NCBI GenBank assembly: GCA_030324005.1
Contig: JARDVH010000163.1
Location: 102,806,411-102,870,410, forward strand
From: Negaprion brevirostris
Taxonomy: Eukaryota
Reading direction: 5' to 3'
Length of the DNA: 64,000 nucleotides
Below, piece after piece: positions 1-12,550 of this stretch. The notes under the pieces were generated by a model, which saw nothing but the letters and a program-made list of their open reading frames with translations, had not been told where the DNA came from and searched no databases. A program made the translations under genes and the position numbers. Position 1 is the first letter of the stretch, and each line of letters opens with the position of its first letter.

Positions 1-939
1 CGTTTGTGAGCTGCTGAGTTTGATTTCTAGTTAAAACTAAAAACAGCCAAATGCCTTTCCTTTAAGCTTTGGGAATTCAATGTCTGGCCTCAATTTGGAA
101 TTGATGTGTGAATAGTGGTGAGGAGTGCACAAAAATTGTCGGTCTTTGTTTCAAGTTCCACTCCTCTGGGACCACTCTTAAAACATAAAAGTGCTATTAA
201 AATTGTGTTGACAGATATTGAAAGGGTAAATCAATTATGTTATTTCTGAAGCTTTACTTTGTGTTTAGTTACTCTACGATCCTTGACAACAGTCGATGTG
301 ATGAGTCTCTTATGGCTTGAAATTTATTATATGATTTCAACATTGTATATTAGTTAACTTCAAAGCAGACACATTGAGATTTTATAAAAATATGGCATAC
401 ATAGATTGGAAATAAACACTTCCTTAAAAGTTGCAATTGCAACTTTTTGCAATCTACGTAACGTTGCCTTCAATTACAACATATGTTCCCCCAAAGGCAT
501 TAGCCAAGTTTCTTTTAATATATTGTTTGTTAATTTTACACATTCCTTAAGAGATCACAAGAAGCCAGGAGGAAATCTATCATGGAAGACAAGTCATCTG
601 CTGTTGACAAATGTATATATAAATAGCCCCTGTGATGCTGAATCTTCATGAAGCTACTGAGCTTGCAACTCTTGCAGCCAGATACTTAGAGTGACTTAAC
701 TGTGTCACAGATGCATTGCATGGCTTTGTCAATTTGCATAGATGCAGTGGCAGCAGAGACACATCTACAAAAAACTGTATACATGTACAATGTCACAACA
801 TTATAACATGGTGTTACCAACAGAGAAACCGGAAGTATAGTTTAACTTCAGTTATTGGAAGAATACTGGAATGTATTATGAGAGGCAGCTGGACAACTAC
901 GAACTGCTCAAAGTGGGTGAGCATGGGTAAAAAAAAAGG

Positions 940-1540
940 ATTTTTATAATGCCTTGCATGATCTCAGGCTGTCCCAAAGCACTTTACAGCCAATGACATG
1001 CAGGAAACGTGGCATTGTTTGCATCCTGCAATGCTATAATGACCAGATAATCTGTTGTGGTGCTGATTTAGAGCCTGCAAACCAAGGATTTGCAGGCCGT
1101 AACCCTTTACCTGAGTTGGTGCCGTGAGATCTATTACACCCACCTGACCAGATAAATGGAGTCTCAGTTTAACCTTTCATCCCAAAGGCAGCACTCAACA
1201 CTGTAAGGACTCGCTTACAGTGAACTGAAACTGTTATACATTTGGGATTGTTGTATTGATGGATTGTTGCTTTAAGACTTTCCTCACATGTATAATTCAT
1301 CACGTCATCGGTGCTTTGTGGGTTTTGCTGCAGTCTGATGAGTTAAGCCTTTGTAGGGTTAACAGCTATTAAATGAACCTCTGTTTTTATTTTCACCAAA
1401 GCCCACTTGCTATCACTTCATGTCCTTTCATCCTACAGATGCAGTATACAACAGAAACATTGGTTTTAATTTTTGTGCTTAAGCAGGTGTTGAATCTCGA
1501 ACCTTCTGACTCAGAGACAAGAGCTCTACCAATTGAGCAA
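940..1540 (-). mobile_element. Degraded DeuSINE (SacSINE1/AmnSINE1-like), interrupted; tRNA-like head at ~1470-1540
   Basis: Motifs gtcccaaagcactttacagccaatga, aatgaccagataatctg, gtttaacc..tcatcccaaaggcagcac and head gaaccttctgactcagag; homologous to the copy at 58270-58635. Confidence 0.75.
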
Positions 1541-1702
1541 TCAAAGAAAATACAGAAAAATAATTACAGAAAATATCGGAAAAGCCAGCAGAACTGTCAA
1601 GTATTTTGCAAGAAATTATTGTTCAAAAAAGAGTTAGTTTGTAAATAACCTGTTAACTTTGTCGAAAGATTTGTAAACCCAAGATGAGCAAATTATATTT
1701 GG

Positions 1703-1800
1703 AAACAAAAACAGATGCTGGAAATACTCAGCAAGTCTGGCAGCATCCATTACGAGAAAAATCAGAGTTAATCTTTCGAGTCCTTTGACTCTGTCAGAAC
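1703..1800 (-). mobile_element. Penelope-type terminal repeat fragment
   Basis: aaaacagatgctggaaatactcagcaagtctggcagcatc...gagttaatctttcgagtc; the same motif recurs at ~12055, ~26857, ~31005 and ~31715. Confidence 0.6.
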
Positions 1801-2607
1801 TGAAGGGAGGGAAAATATTTTAGAGCTGTAGGAACTGCAAGAAAAAGTAGCAACTTTAAGAACAAAAAAGACAGATGGGCTGGTGTGAGAGGAGGAGTTT
1901 GCATTGAGGCAATACATATATGGGGTATTTTTAAGGAGGAGATGGAGGGGAAATGTCACAATCTAAGGTTGTTTACTTTATATTTGAGATGCAGAAAGGA
2001 AATCTTGTACTGTAGCAGTACTGTAACAAATTTATTCAAATAGCAAGCGTATATTTCTCTAATATGTTTATCTGCCCAAAATCTCTAATGACTCTTGACA
2101 AAAGGAAGTATTGAAAAAATATAACTGGCATTATTAAAAAGGATCAGCTCCAACAAGACTATGGTTCAAGTACCAAGGGAAAATGGCTTATTTACAAAGT
2201 CCAGACTGGGTCAAAGAAATTAAGCTTCAATGTTGTGGCCCAGCTGTACATCACTAAACTAAAATACAAACAAAAATAAAGAATACAGATTCATAGTAAT
2301 CAATCTAATAGTTTAGTACAAGATTCTAGAACCCAAGTCAAGGGTTAGAGAAATAATAGACTACAGGTCCACTGTAAGCAAGAAATTTGTTCATGTAGCA
2401 CTTAAGTGGTGCTGCACGAATTATGTTGATTCTGCAGAAGGCATACTGATGCTATTTGCATGGTTGGTTTCCTCAGCTATATCAATGGTCAGATCATGGC
2501 CGCCACTGACATTTGCCCCCAGGGAGATGACCCAAATCTGCTTAAGCAGTACTACATGAAAAAATACTTCCCCGACTCTTCATATTGTTTCCTTACTTTT
2601 TGAAAAC

Positions 2608-3845
2608 TCAGGATAGAAATCTCCCACACTGCCTGTGTCAGGTTTGGTGGTGCCCAGGAGCAGAGAATCTAGTGGGAGCAAAAAGTCAAAATCATGTTGC
2701 AATTCTCCTGGAGGAAAGTTAATGGCAGACTGGTTTTCCTGTTGGCTGGTGGCATGAATGCTATTAAAATTCATTTGCATCTCATGCTCATCAAGACAGC
2801 TGCCAGACCATGTCCTATCTGGCCTCCTCTTGTGTCATGCCAATGGGAAGTAATGTTGGTCAAAAACCCAATTGCTAAACAGGGGTGTGCACAAGGCAGT
2901 CCTCAGTTCACAAGACACTTTGGGATGAGTGTAACAAAGTCTTTCTGCCAAAGTGCTGCACTGCTCCTAATGCATTGTACACCCCTCTGCCAGTGCAGAC
3001 TGGTTCCTGCCCTCTATCTCCATGTTAAGCTGGTCTTTATGGACAGCACTGTACTGCTGGAACCATGGATCCTCCTGTCACCAACTCAGTACAGCATCTG
3101 GAGTTAGGGAGCATAGGGATTTTCTTCTTCCTGGTGCCACACATCAGTATCTGTGTCTATTTGAACAGCACTTGCAGCTACCACAACAAACTCCACAAGG
3201 GGTGAGTGTGAGGTGAGGCCAAAGTGGTGGTGGTGACCGGGAGTGGTAGCCAAATGAAGACACAGGGGAAAATGGGGGAAACAATGGTGAGTGCTCACAA
3301 TGATAGGCAGAGGGACAAGGAGGTGTTTGCGTCACAAAAGGCAGAGAGAAGTCTGAGGGGAGGAAGGCTGGGCCCTGAAAAGGCTGCATGATGAGTTCAC
3401 AAAGGGGTCAAAAGAATACCAAATGGTTTACTGGAAAGGGATGTGTAAAGACTTTGGATGTGGTGGGTAGAGGTCCCAGCATGGGTCCCTCACAGGTGAC
3501 AGGTTTGGGGGTGGTGAGGGTGGTTGATTTGAGAAACAAACTTCTTTTTGGGGCTGCTAGCTTTGTTCCTCTGGGTTGCTGACATCCTACATGGCCATGA
3601 AGACAGTGGGCTGCAGAGGGTGCTACAGGTGTGCTGGACTGGTTTGTTTTAAAGATGGTATTGGTATCTTCAAACCTGTTCGCAGATGGTGTATGGATGA
3701 ATCAGCTGTTGACTTGCCTGGAAATTGAAGGGAACTCACCTGTGCATAATAATCTCATAATAAATGAGGTTCTAAGCGCAGAATCTGACATAGGATCCTG
3801 CCATCCAGTCCAGTGGGAAAGGTTGCCACCAGAGCTGCTGCCTGC
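2608..3845. mobile_element. Degraded non-autonomous Harbinger-like DNA element
   Basis: Starts ggatagaaatctccc, resembling the gggcagaattctccc TIR seen elsewhere in the window, and has the subterminal aattcatttgcatctcat motif. No intact ORF; boundaries uncertain. Confidence 0.4.
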
Positions 3846-4149
3846 CACTGCACTTTATCTCAAAATGGGAGTATTGTGCCTTCAAGGTTTGATTCAGAAC
3901 ACAACATAGTTAAAATGTTTGCTGAGTCACTCACCTTTCGGAATCAATTTTCCTGTCAAAATTAATTATCTAAAATGGAACAGATGCTCCAATGTAAAAG
4001 GGTCTCTTATTGAATGTAGAAAATATTGATCACTTGTGCAATCAATTTTTGCAAGTTATAAAACCAAATGCAAAGATTTTCGATTTTAGTTGTCATCTCA
4101 AGTTCTGGAAATTTTTTTTTCTCAGTAAATGCAGAATGTATTCCTATTT

Positions 4150-4400
4150 TAATCTCAGAATATGGGCATCTCGAGTGAGACAGTATTTATTGCCCAGCAT
4201 AGTTGCCCTTGAAAAGGTAGTGCTGAGCCTTTGTCTTGAACGACTGCAATGAGTGTGGTGAACGTGCTCCCAGAATGGGATTATGTAAGGAGCTCCAGGA
4301 TTTTGATTCATTGATAATGAACGAGTGGGTGATATATATCAGTCAGGATAATGCAGAAACTTTGGACGCGATGATGTTCTCATGTACTTGCTGCTGATTC
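4150..4400 (-). mobile_element. LINE (CR1/L2 clade) 3' end
   Basis: atttattgcccagcatagttgcccttgaaaaggtagtgctgagcc is the reverse complement of the tail seen at ~62100-62210. Confidence 0.7.
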
Positions 4401-4499
4401 TCTGGTCAGTTTTTGTAGGCTCTCTTGTAGATAATGCACACTGCAGGTGGAGCACATCAGCAGAAGACCAGATGACAGAAAGATATTCAGACAAGGTGT

Positions 4500-4605
4500 C
4501 TAGCACAAGTGGGTGTTAGGTGGCAGAGCGGGTTACAGCATGAAACATTATTGACAGGATATGGGTGCAAGGCAAAATAAAGTTTGATGACCTTACAAAG
4601 CTAAC
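4500..4605 (+). pseudogene. Myb/SANT-like (NAIF1-type) DNA-binding domain relic of a Harbinger transposon
   Basis: Translates VAERVTA*NIIDRIWVQGKIKFDDLTK, like the Harbinger Myb motif VA..V.A....RTW.QC.KKFNDL; contains a stop codon. Confidence 0.6.
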
Positions 4606-4754
4606 AAAATTTAAACTTCAAGTCATATCTCATTACTTGGTTAACTCCTGCACAGTATTCCCTCCCCTAATTCCCATCATTTTCATCTAATCACTGCACC
4701 TGTTACCCTCCTCACCATTACTTCCCGACCTCCCAAAACCTCTGCCTTCATAAC

Positions 4755-4960
4755 GTGGAGATGCTGGCATTGAACTGAGGTAGGCTCAGTAAGAAGTCTG
4801 ACAACACCAGGTTAAAGTTTTTTTTGAATCACATGCTTTCAGAATGGTGCTCCTTCATTAGGTGAGTGATGAAGTGCTCACCTGATGAAGAAGCAGAGCT
4901 CTGAAAGCATGTGATTCCAAATAAACTTTGGACTTTAAGCTGGTGCTAAGACTTCTTTTT
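4755..4960. mobile_element. Inverted pair of Penelope-type terminal repeats with degenerate hammerhead motifs
   Basis: Left aagaagtctgacaacaccaggttaaag...gaatcacatgctttcag...ctccttcattaggtgag is the reverse complement of right ctcacctgatgaagaagcagagctctgaaagcatgtgattc...ctttaagctggtgctaagacttctt. Confidence 0.7.
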
Positions 4961-5389
4961 CACACCAACACTCTTAACCTGACATGTGTATCATCAAACT
5001 TTCTCAGTGCTCTACATAAACACACTCGCTATTTTTTCTCAAGGTAAACATGTGCAGAGTAACAAAGCTGGCAGCCACCGAAGATTGGAAATTCTACATT
5101 TGTGTGCTGTCACAAATTAAGGAGATTGTGGACAGAGCACAAGGTGCAGCATCCGGAGAGGTTCGAGGATAATTTTTCCCTTTTTCTCTTCTCACTCAAG
5201 TTTCACACTTGCACATAATGCAGGTGATGCTGTTGCTTTCAGAAGCCACCCATTTGACGGTATTTATTCATTTCACGAAATGATAAGCCATTGTCCCGAT
5301 CTTCCCTTTCAAGTCCAGAAGCTTCACGTAGCCCTCAGGAGATGAGGGAAGTCGCCTGTGCTGTCACTATGATTCTGTGAGCATCATTC

Positions 5390-6010
5390 AAACTTGCACT
5401 TGAAATAATGGTTCCAAGGTCGGCACCACAGGCAGGTTAAAGGCTAGACTAGAGGCATCTGCACATGGAGTTGCACCCAGCATCAGTCTACTGGGACAAA
5501 GGCGAGAGAATAGGACAACTTGCATCCAAGTTCTGCAATAGAGGGTACACATGATGACATTTGAGGGTCCACCATGCATACATACATACATAATTCTTGA
5601 GGACAATGTTGAAAAACATAGTGGTGTCCAGTTCCAACTGCTTGGAGCCCAGCAAATGCAGTCACTGTTTCCTGGCACTCTAGGGAAAATGGTGATGGTC
5701 ACAAAGTCAAAACGGTCATCGTCTGTGGTGAACCTGATGAACTCATCAGCATGGCGGAACAGGGCATTGATCACCTCTTCGATGCACCTGTGTTGCAGCC
5801 TGTGAAATGCAATATATTACCTGTGGAACCCTAGAAGCATCCAATGGGAAAACAGTTGAACACCGCAATCACTTTGAGGTTTGCTGCCAAAACCAAGTGG
5901 TTGCCGGTCCCGCTACAGGATCTGTCTAATTTCAGTGACTGCCTACCAAGCCAGCCTCAAGATTCCTCTCTGACATCTGGAAATAGTTTGACTATGTCCT
6001 GAAAATGCAT
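5390..6010 (-). pseudogene. PIF/Harbinger (HARBI1-like) transposase relic
   Basis: With frameshifts: LKVIAVFNCFPIGCF*GSTGNI..ISQAA..RCIEEVINALFRHADEFIRFTTDD.RFDFVTITIFPRVPGNSDC, like Harbinger KV..AL.F.A.GSFQ...GD..GISQ....RCI.EV..AL...GFP.V.G.IDC. Confidence 0.8.
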
Positions 6011-6499
6011 TGATGCTCCAATGACCTTCTGATGCCTTCCCTCAACAGCTACCTCCTTGCGAATTTGATCCATATGGTAAGTTCAAGTTTAGATTAAAAG
6101 TCAAGCTCTGACATAGAGCTATCAACCTTCAACTGAGTTAAACAAAGTCTTGTAAAACAGAGAGCTGGCTGGCAGTGGCAGTTATATATCAATTAGCTAA
6201 AAGTAGTTGGCTCAATAGGCTTTAATTATTGTGACAAAAAGCTCAGCTAGTGACTCAATAGAGGCTGTAAAGAAGCATGCATGTTTCTCAAACTGCACGG
6301 AGTACAGAAACACAGAGAGGAATCTGTGTCAGAGTGTGTTGTTGGGGATTTGGGGGGTGGGAAAAAAGATGTTCAATTTTTCACTTTTTTGACAACCTTC
6401 AGTAATTGCTGAGTTATCTTCCTTTGTCTCCAAACCAGGAGAGTGCAACTTTCTAATACTTAAGCTATGCAAATTAACTAAACAAGTTATGACATTAAG

Positions 6500-7880
6500 T
6501 GGAAGGGCTGGTGGTATGCCTCGTCTGCAACGTTTGGGAATCTGTAGAATGCATTACAATCCTGGACAAGCATATGCAGCAAGTGTCTGCAGTTTGCACA
6601 ACTTTGGTTTTGAGTTGCTGAGCTGGAGTCTGAGTTGGTGACATTGAATGGCATTGGAGGGAGAGTTACATGGAAACTTGGACACAGGAGACTATAAGAT
6701 AAGGCAGCACTTTTGGGTTGGTCAATGGTCATGGGTAAGAGGATGGGGAACCAGCATGTAGTGATGAAAGAACCTCAGCCCCTGACTTTGTCTAACAGAC
6801 AGTAAAAGGTCCTTGCTCTCTGAATGGATGAGAAGTTCAACAGAGTGAATGAGTGGCATCACTGCACCATTGGAAATTATGCTATTTAAGTTGGGCAGTG
6901 GAAAGGAATTAGATAGTGATAAGAGACTGGACAGTCTGGGGTGTAGGTACTGCCTCTTCCATAGCTGTGACCAGGAGCTCCAAAGTTTTTGTCTGCCCTC
7001 AAAAGATCATGAAGTATAATCAGTATGGGTGGAATTTAAGAATAGCAAGAATCAGAAAATACTGATTAAAGCAGATTATAGGCCCTGAACAATAGTTTTA
7101 CCACTGGACAGAGCAATAAATAAGAAATTACTGGAGACTGTAACAATGGCAACAGAATNNNNNNNNNNCTTTATTTAGACTGGGGCAATCAAATTGGCAA
7201 AGGTAGTTGAAAAAATGAGTTTGTAGAATGTTTTTGTGACAGCTTGTTGGAAAAATATATTATGGAACCAAATAGAGATAAAGTTATATTAGATCTACTA
7301 TTGTGTAATGAAGCAAAGTTAATCAGTAATGTTGTAGTAGAAGATCCATTGGGAAATACTGGTCTTAACAGCATTCAGTTCAATGTTATGTTTGAAAGTA
7401 AGCCACACCAAACAAGAAACTTCACCAGTCCTCGCCTCATATCTAATCAATTAGCTTTAAGTTGAAATGAGTAAATAGACTAAAAGGTGTGGTGAATAAA
7501 CAGTGTGAAACAGTTAAAGAAACAATTCAAAATGTTAAACAAAAATGCATTTCATTGAAAAACAAAAACTCAGCAAAAAATACCTATCCATGGTTCACTC
7601 AGGATGAGAATATAATATGTAGGGTAGATAATAGGGGACCAGTAAATATGGTCAACCTGTATTTCCAAAAAGCATTTGATGAGATGCTACACAAAAGGTT
7701 AATGGGCAAGATAGGGCTCGTGGAGCCCTAGCATGGATAGAAGATTGGCAAATTGGTAGAAAGCAGAGAGTGAGCATAAACAGGGCTTTAAGTTGGCAGG
7801 CAGTGAATAGTGGAGTATCACAATGATAAGTGCTGCTGCCTCAGTTATTTGCAACCTATATTAAGGACCTAGATGAAGCC
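6500..7880 (+). mobile_element. Heavily deleted CR1-type LINE (ORF1, endonuclease and RT pieces)
   Basis: ORF1-like CxxC and ELESEL segment at ~6520-6650; endonuclease EPNRDKVILDLLLCNE..DPLG; RT FQKAFDEMLHKRL and PQLFATYIKDLDE. Confidence 0.85.
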
Positions 7881-7885
7881 ATGTC

Positions 7886-8630
7886 AGAAAATTGGGAGAA
7901 TACCATCCTATGTCCTGTGCTAGGGTGGGAATGTGGAGTGTTTCCCATTGCAGAGGCTGGCGGGGAAACATGCCAAACATCACACCCCAACTTCATTAAT
8001 TACATGCCTGGGTGCTTTATGCTGTATTCAATGGTGAGGTAAGCCTGGATGGCACATGGTCCACTGTCATGTCTGGGTACCACATTGAAACAGTATGCAA
8101 CATCACTGCTCACCATTGAAGAAAGAAGGTGAACCACCTGAAAATGTAGACTGACCTCTGCAGCATGCTGAGGCCAGAAGAAGGGCCTCCTGAGAATAAA
8201 AATAGATCTCTAGGACCACAGGCCTGAAGATGGACCCCTCTCCAGGGCACAGGATCTGGAAGCTCCACCTGCAGATGCACCCCTAACCCACTGCTATGTT
8301 TTCCAGCGTTGGAGACTGCCTCCATCCATTTTAAGGCAGAGCTAGGTAGATTCTTGATCGACAACAGGATGAAAGGTGATCAGGGATAGGCAGGAACGGG
8401 AGGTTGAAGTTACAATTAGATCAGCCATGATCTTATTAAATGGCAGAGCAGGGCCAACTGGCCTATTCCTAATTTGTATGTTCTATTTTTGTTTGTATGT
8501 TCTTATCCCAAACTCCGGAGACAGCCCGGGCGTTGCACAGGTGAGTCCCAACATCTACATACCACGTTGTTCCAAACATATTTTGTGCTAGCAGGTTTTC
8601 CCACCAGTATTATGAAGAATCTGGCCTGCG
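7886..8630. mobile_element. Harbinger-type non-autonomous element (family A), interrupted by a LINE 3' piece
   Basis: Shares gcagaggc..gtgggaaaaca, aacctcattaattatgc, tctgggt.ccatattgaa and ttgaagaaagaag with 24225-24860 and 35514-36200. Confidence 0.6.
8305..8505 (+). mobile_element. CR1-type LINE 3' end
   Basis: tttaaggcagagctaggtagattcttgat...agatcagccatgatcttattaaatggcagagcagg...ggcctattccta followed by a tatgtt-type tail. Confidence 0.8.
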
Positions 8631-8861
8631 GTTGGGGGTGTTCTGATTTCAAAGAGAAGTATTCTTTAGGCTCCAAAAGAAGCTGGAGATATCAAGGGAA
8701 AATTATGAAGGCTAAACAACTGTGTTTATGGGCTAAACTATGCATCAGGGACTGGTATTTTTCAGTTAGGTCTCAACTGAAAACATCATCTTCAGCTGAA
8801 AACCTCAAGGTATATTATGAAATCAGAATAGACCCCAACAGTTTTTCTATTTTGACATAAA

Positions 8862-9250
8862 TGTGAGGAAGGAATGCTTCATTCCAAGAGTAATTCCACT
8901 GACAAATGAGGGGATCTTTTATCAAAACAAACTTTATTCATAACATAATTTAAATACAACTCGAACAAAATGAAGTAGAAAGCTGAACAATCTTTAAATA
9001 TGAAAGCACACTCAATTTGTAATTTATCACTATTTCAGTTCCAAAGAAGCAACATTCTTCTTACATACTTAAAACCCACCTGCAGACAGCCTTGGAATTT
9101 TCAGAAAGATACATCTTTCAGAAGCCTGCAAAATTCTCCTAACTGCAACCGGAACAACGAAATTCTAATTTCTCTCTGCAGTAGATCCAGGACTGCACAA
9201 GTACCACAACATCACATGACTCTGTCAATCACTCTGCTCTGAAATCCCAG
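8862..9250 (-). mobile_element. Possible LTR fragment
   Basis: Begins TGT, has tttatt (reverse poly(A) signal) ~70 bp in, and its composition resembles an antisense LTR. No partner LTR found. Confidence 0.3.
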
Positions 9251-9263
9251 GGAAGCAGGGCAA

Positions 9264-9668
9264 GATAACCGGTCGCTCTGGGACAATGTCCAAGTGTTAC
9301 AGAAAAGAGGTTGAGTACTGATTTTGTGAATATAAGAGATGCTGGAAAGGAAGGGCATTTCAAAACTAAAATGGGACACAAGTCACCAGTTGTCGGATTG
9401 TTTCACAGAAAGCGGTTCATCCAAAAGGAACTGCTGGACATCCTCAAAGTGATGCCTTGAGTTATAATGGATTATTAACACATGGAAATTTTCATCTTGC
9501 AATCTAACATTTTTTCTCCGTTTCAAATGTGTATATAAGGAAAAGTCAGCCAGCACTGGTGGCGATAATAGTGAAGGAGTAAGCAATGTGATAAATAATA
9601 AATAGACTTGAACAAAGCAACCTAATCTCAGTGTCTTCTTCACATCCAAGCTTGAGAGTTCTCTGACA
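9264..9668 (+). mobile_element. Ty1/Copia LTR retrotransposon relic (RNase H C-terminus plus part of the 3' LTR)
   Basis: DNRSLWDNV..VTEKRLSTDFVNI/EMLERKGISKLKWDTSHQLSDCFT, like Copia DN.SL...V.....V.EKRLRID...KEM......I.W..T..QLADCLTK. Followed by an LTR-like piece tgtgtatataagg...aataaa...ctctgaca (9528-9668). Confidence 0.75.
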
Positions 9669-10214
9669 CCGACTGAACAAACTCTGTGACTGTGAACCTT
9701 CCATCTGCCAGTCAACACCCTTAGTCTGTCCCACAGGTTGTAACTTTCGACACGATTAACACCACCCTTGAGATCACTCCTCCATTTATCTTCACTAACA
9801 CCCCATTGATCATGCACAAGGCACCAGGCCCTTCCCACTCCACACTTCCATATCCTGACTCCACACACTTTTGCTCTTAAAGCTCTCTACCACTCCTCCA
9901 AACCCCCAAACCTCTTACTTACCCATGCTGGTCCAAACTGTCTATCCAAGCTACATTTCTCTTGCTCCTCTTCTTAATTCCGTGGACACTACTGACCTCA
10001 GACCCAATTGCACAAAGGCAACTATACACACCACCTTTAATGAATAAATATGAACAGTGCACCACTGACTTAATCTTGAAGAAAGGGTTTCAAAATTTTT
10101 AAAACAATGAATAGTCAATTCATGAGCATTTATTACAAGTAGGAACTTGCCAAGGCAAGTGGCATGAGGCCTGACCCACTAGTGTCATACCATAAACTTA
10201 ATTCTTCAGTCTGT

Positions 10215-11041
10215 CATATTTTCAATGCATACAAAGTGGCAAAGATTAGTGGGAAACTAGAGGATTGGGAAATCTTTAAAGGTCAACTGAAAGCCATGAG
10301 AAAAGCTAAAAAGAAAAGTAAGATGGATTATGAGAGTAAACTAGCTCAGAATATAAAAACAGCAAAAGTTTCTACAAACATATAAAATGAAAAAGAGTGG
10401 CAAAAGTAAACATTGGTCTGTTAGAGGATGAGAAGGGGGATTAATAACTGGAAATGTGAAAATGGCTGAGGCATTGAACAGGTATTTGTGTCAATCTTCA
10501 CAGTGGAAGCCACAAAGAACATGCCAAAATGCAATGACAGGAAGGCTATGGCAGTTGAGGACCTAGAAATTATTATCCCAAAAGAAGTAGCATTGGGCAG
10601 GCTAATGGGGCTAAAGATAGACAAGTCTCCTGGCCTTGATGGAATGTATCCAGGGTACTAAAAGAGATAGAGGCAGAAATAGCAAGTGCACTGTTGGTAA
10701 TTTACTAAAATTCACTGGACTCTGGGGTGGCTCCCGCATATTGGAAAACAATAAATATAATGCCACTGTTTAAAAAAGGAGGTAGACAAAAGGTGGATAA
10801 CTATAGGTCAGTTAGGTTAACTTCTGTAGTAGAAAATTGCTTGAACCTATCAAGAAAGAAATAGCGAGGTATCTGGATATAAATTGTCCTGTTGGTAAGA
10901 TGCAGCACAGGTTCACGAAGGGCAGGTGGTCATGTTTGACTAATTTGGTGGAATTCTTTGAGAATATTACATGTATAGTGGACAATGGGGAATCTGTGGA
11001 CGTGGTGTAACTGTATTTCCAGAAGACAAGGTGCCGCTGCT
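10215..11041 (+). mobile_element. CR1-type LINE ORF2 fragment
   Basis: DYESKLAQNIK, LKIDKSPGLDGM, PLFKKGGRQKVDNYRS, SCLTNLVEFFE, VDNGESVDVV; runs into an N gap. Confidence 0.92.
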
Positions 11042-12054
11042 NNNNNNNNNNNNNNNNNNNNNNNNNNNNNNNNNNNNNNNNNNNNNNNNNNNNNNNNNNN
11101 NNNNNNNNNNNNNNNNNNNNNNNNNNNNNNNNNNNNNNNNNAAAGCCTGCTCCCCCACACTCTCTGCTATCCCACTCCCTTACAATTCTTAAAGTGGTAG
11201 ATACCAAAAGCCCGCAAAAATGCTTTTAAATGATTTAAACAGTTCTACTAGATAAGTTGTTACTACAAAAGTGCTTTAAACTTATTTAAACAGGTTTTTA
11301 ACAGATAATTTCTTATCTGTCTCCCTGCTCCTTCACTCGTCTGCTCCAGCACACAATGGAAGGCTTCACCGTGTGGTGATCCACATTCTTTCGAACAACG
11401 AACCACAGAACAATATATATATATATATCAGCATAAGTTACAGCTAGTACTACCCATAAAATGAAGAGTTATTCAATTTGTCCTGATAAGGCAGTTCTTC
11501 GCAGCTGTCTGCTTCTACCATTGATGTAATTGAGAGTTGATGGGAACAGTTACTTTGACTTCTGTAAGCATCAGGGGTTGCTCAGCAAAAGAGGATGAAG
11601 CATCAGCGACAAGGAGAGGAAACATCAACATTCTACAGATCAATGAAATCCCATGATGTCAGAGGGTAGAATGAAATTTGATAATTGACAATAATATTTG
11701 ACAATTGTTAACAGTGATTGATTTGCACTGATGATGATTGGTCTGTAACTAATGGAAGGCGGAAAAAGTAATTGTTTTGATGTGTATATTGTAATTTCAG
11801 AGTGGCATTGGAATGCTCAAAACCTTCTCTTTTCGTGAAGCACTGGACTGCCCAATGCTCATTCTCTCATCAATCATTGGTCAGATAAAGATACATCTTT
11901 TACTAGAACACTGGCTTCAAGAGTCTTGGTATTAGCTGAAGTTTCAGTATTATTTAATCTCTGAAAACATCTGTAACTGCCCCCATCCCAGGAACACATC
12001 TAAAAAAGTCTCAATTTTCTGGTGTATGCTGTCTCAGTATTCATCATCGAAGTT

Positions 12055-12203
12055 AAAAGCTAAACAGAGAATGCTGGAAAATGTTAGCACATCTGACAGC
12101 ATTTGTGGAGAATAGAGCCAAGGTTTTGAGTCTGGGTGATCCTTCATGACAGCTGGCTCTGTTTTTGTTTCAGATTCCAGCATCTGCAGTGTTTTGCTTT
12201 TAT
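12055..12203. mobile_element. Penelope-type terminal repeat with a short inverted extension
   Basis: Minus copy aaacagagaatgctggaaaatgttagc...gagtctgggtgatccttca is followed directly by the plus-strand end ctgtttttgtttcagattccagcatctgcagt. Confidence 0.6.
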
Positions 12204-12550
12204 AGAAGTTAAAAACACAGTTCAACCATGCACTGGCCTTGCAATTGGGGCGTCAAGTATTTGTTAGACACTCACCTCACCATAAATGAATTGCCAAGCA
12301 GATTGGCCAAAGTGATTAACAAGTGTGAGAAGAGGTGTGCTGCTGCTTCGGCACTCATAACCTTGACAATGTGGGGAAAGTAGGAGAGATAGCTCACGAT
12401 TGCTCCATTGGAGTGAGTGTAAAGAGGGTACCTTTGGGGTGGCGGGGTGGACTGCAATCATCTCCTTGCATCCTTTGTGAAAACTGTCCACTCACCACTA
12501 CCAAGCATAAGTGAGCCACCTGATGAGTTCAATTGAACTCTCTTGCATCC

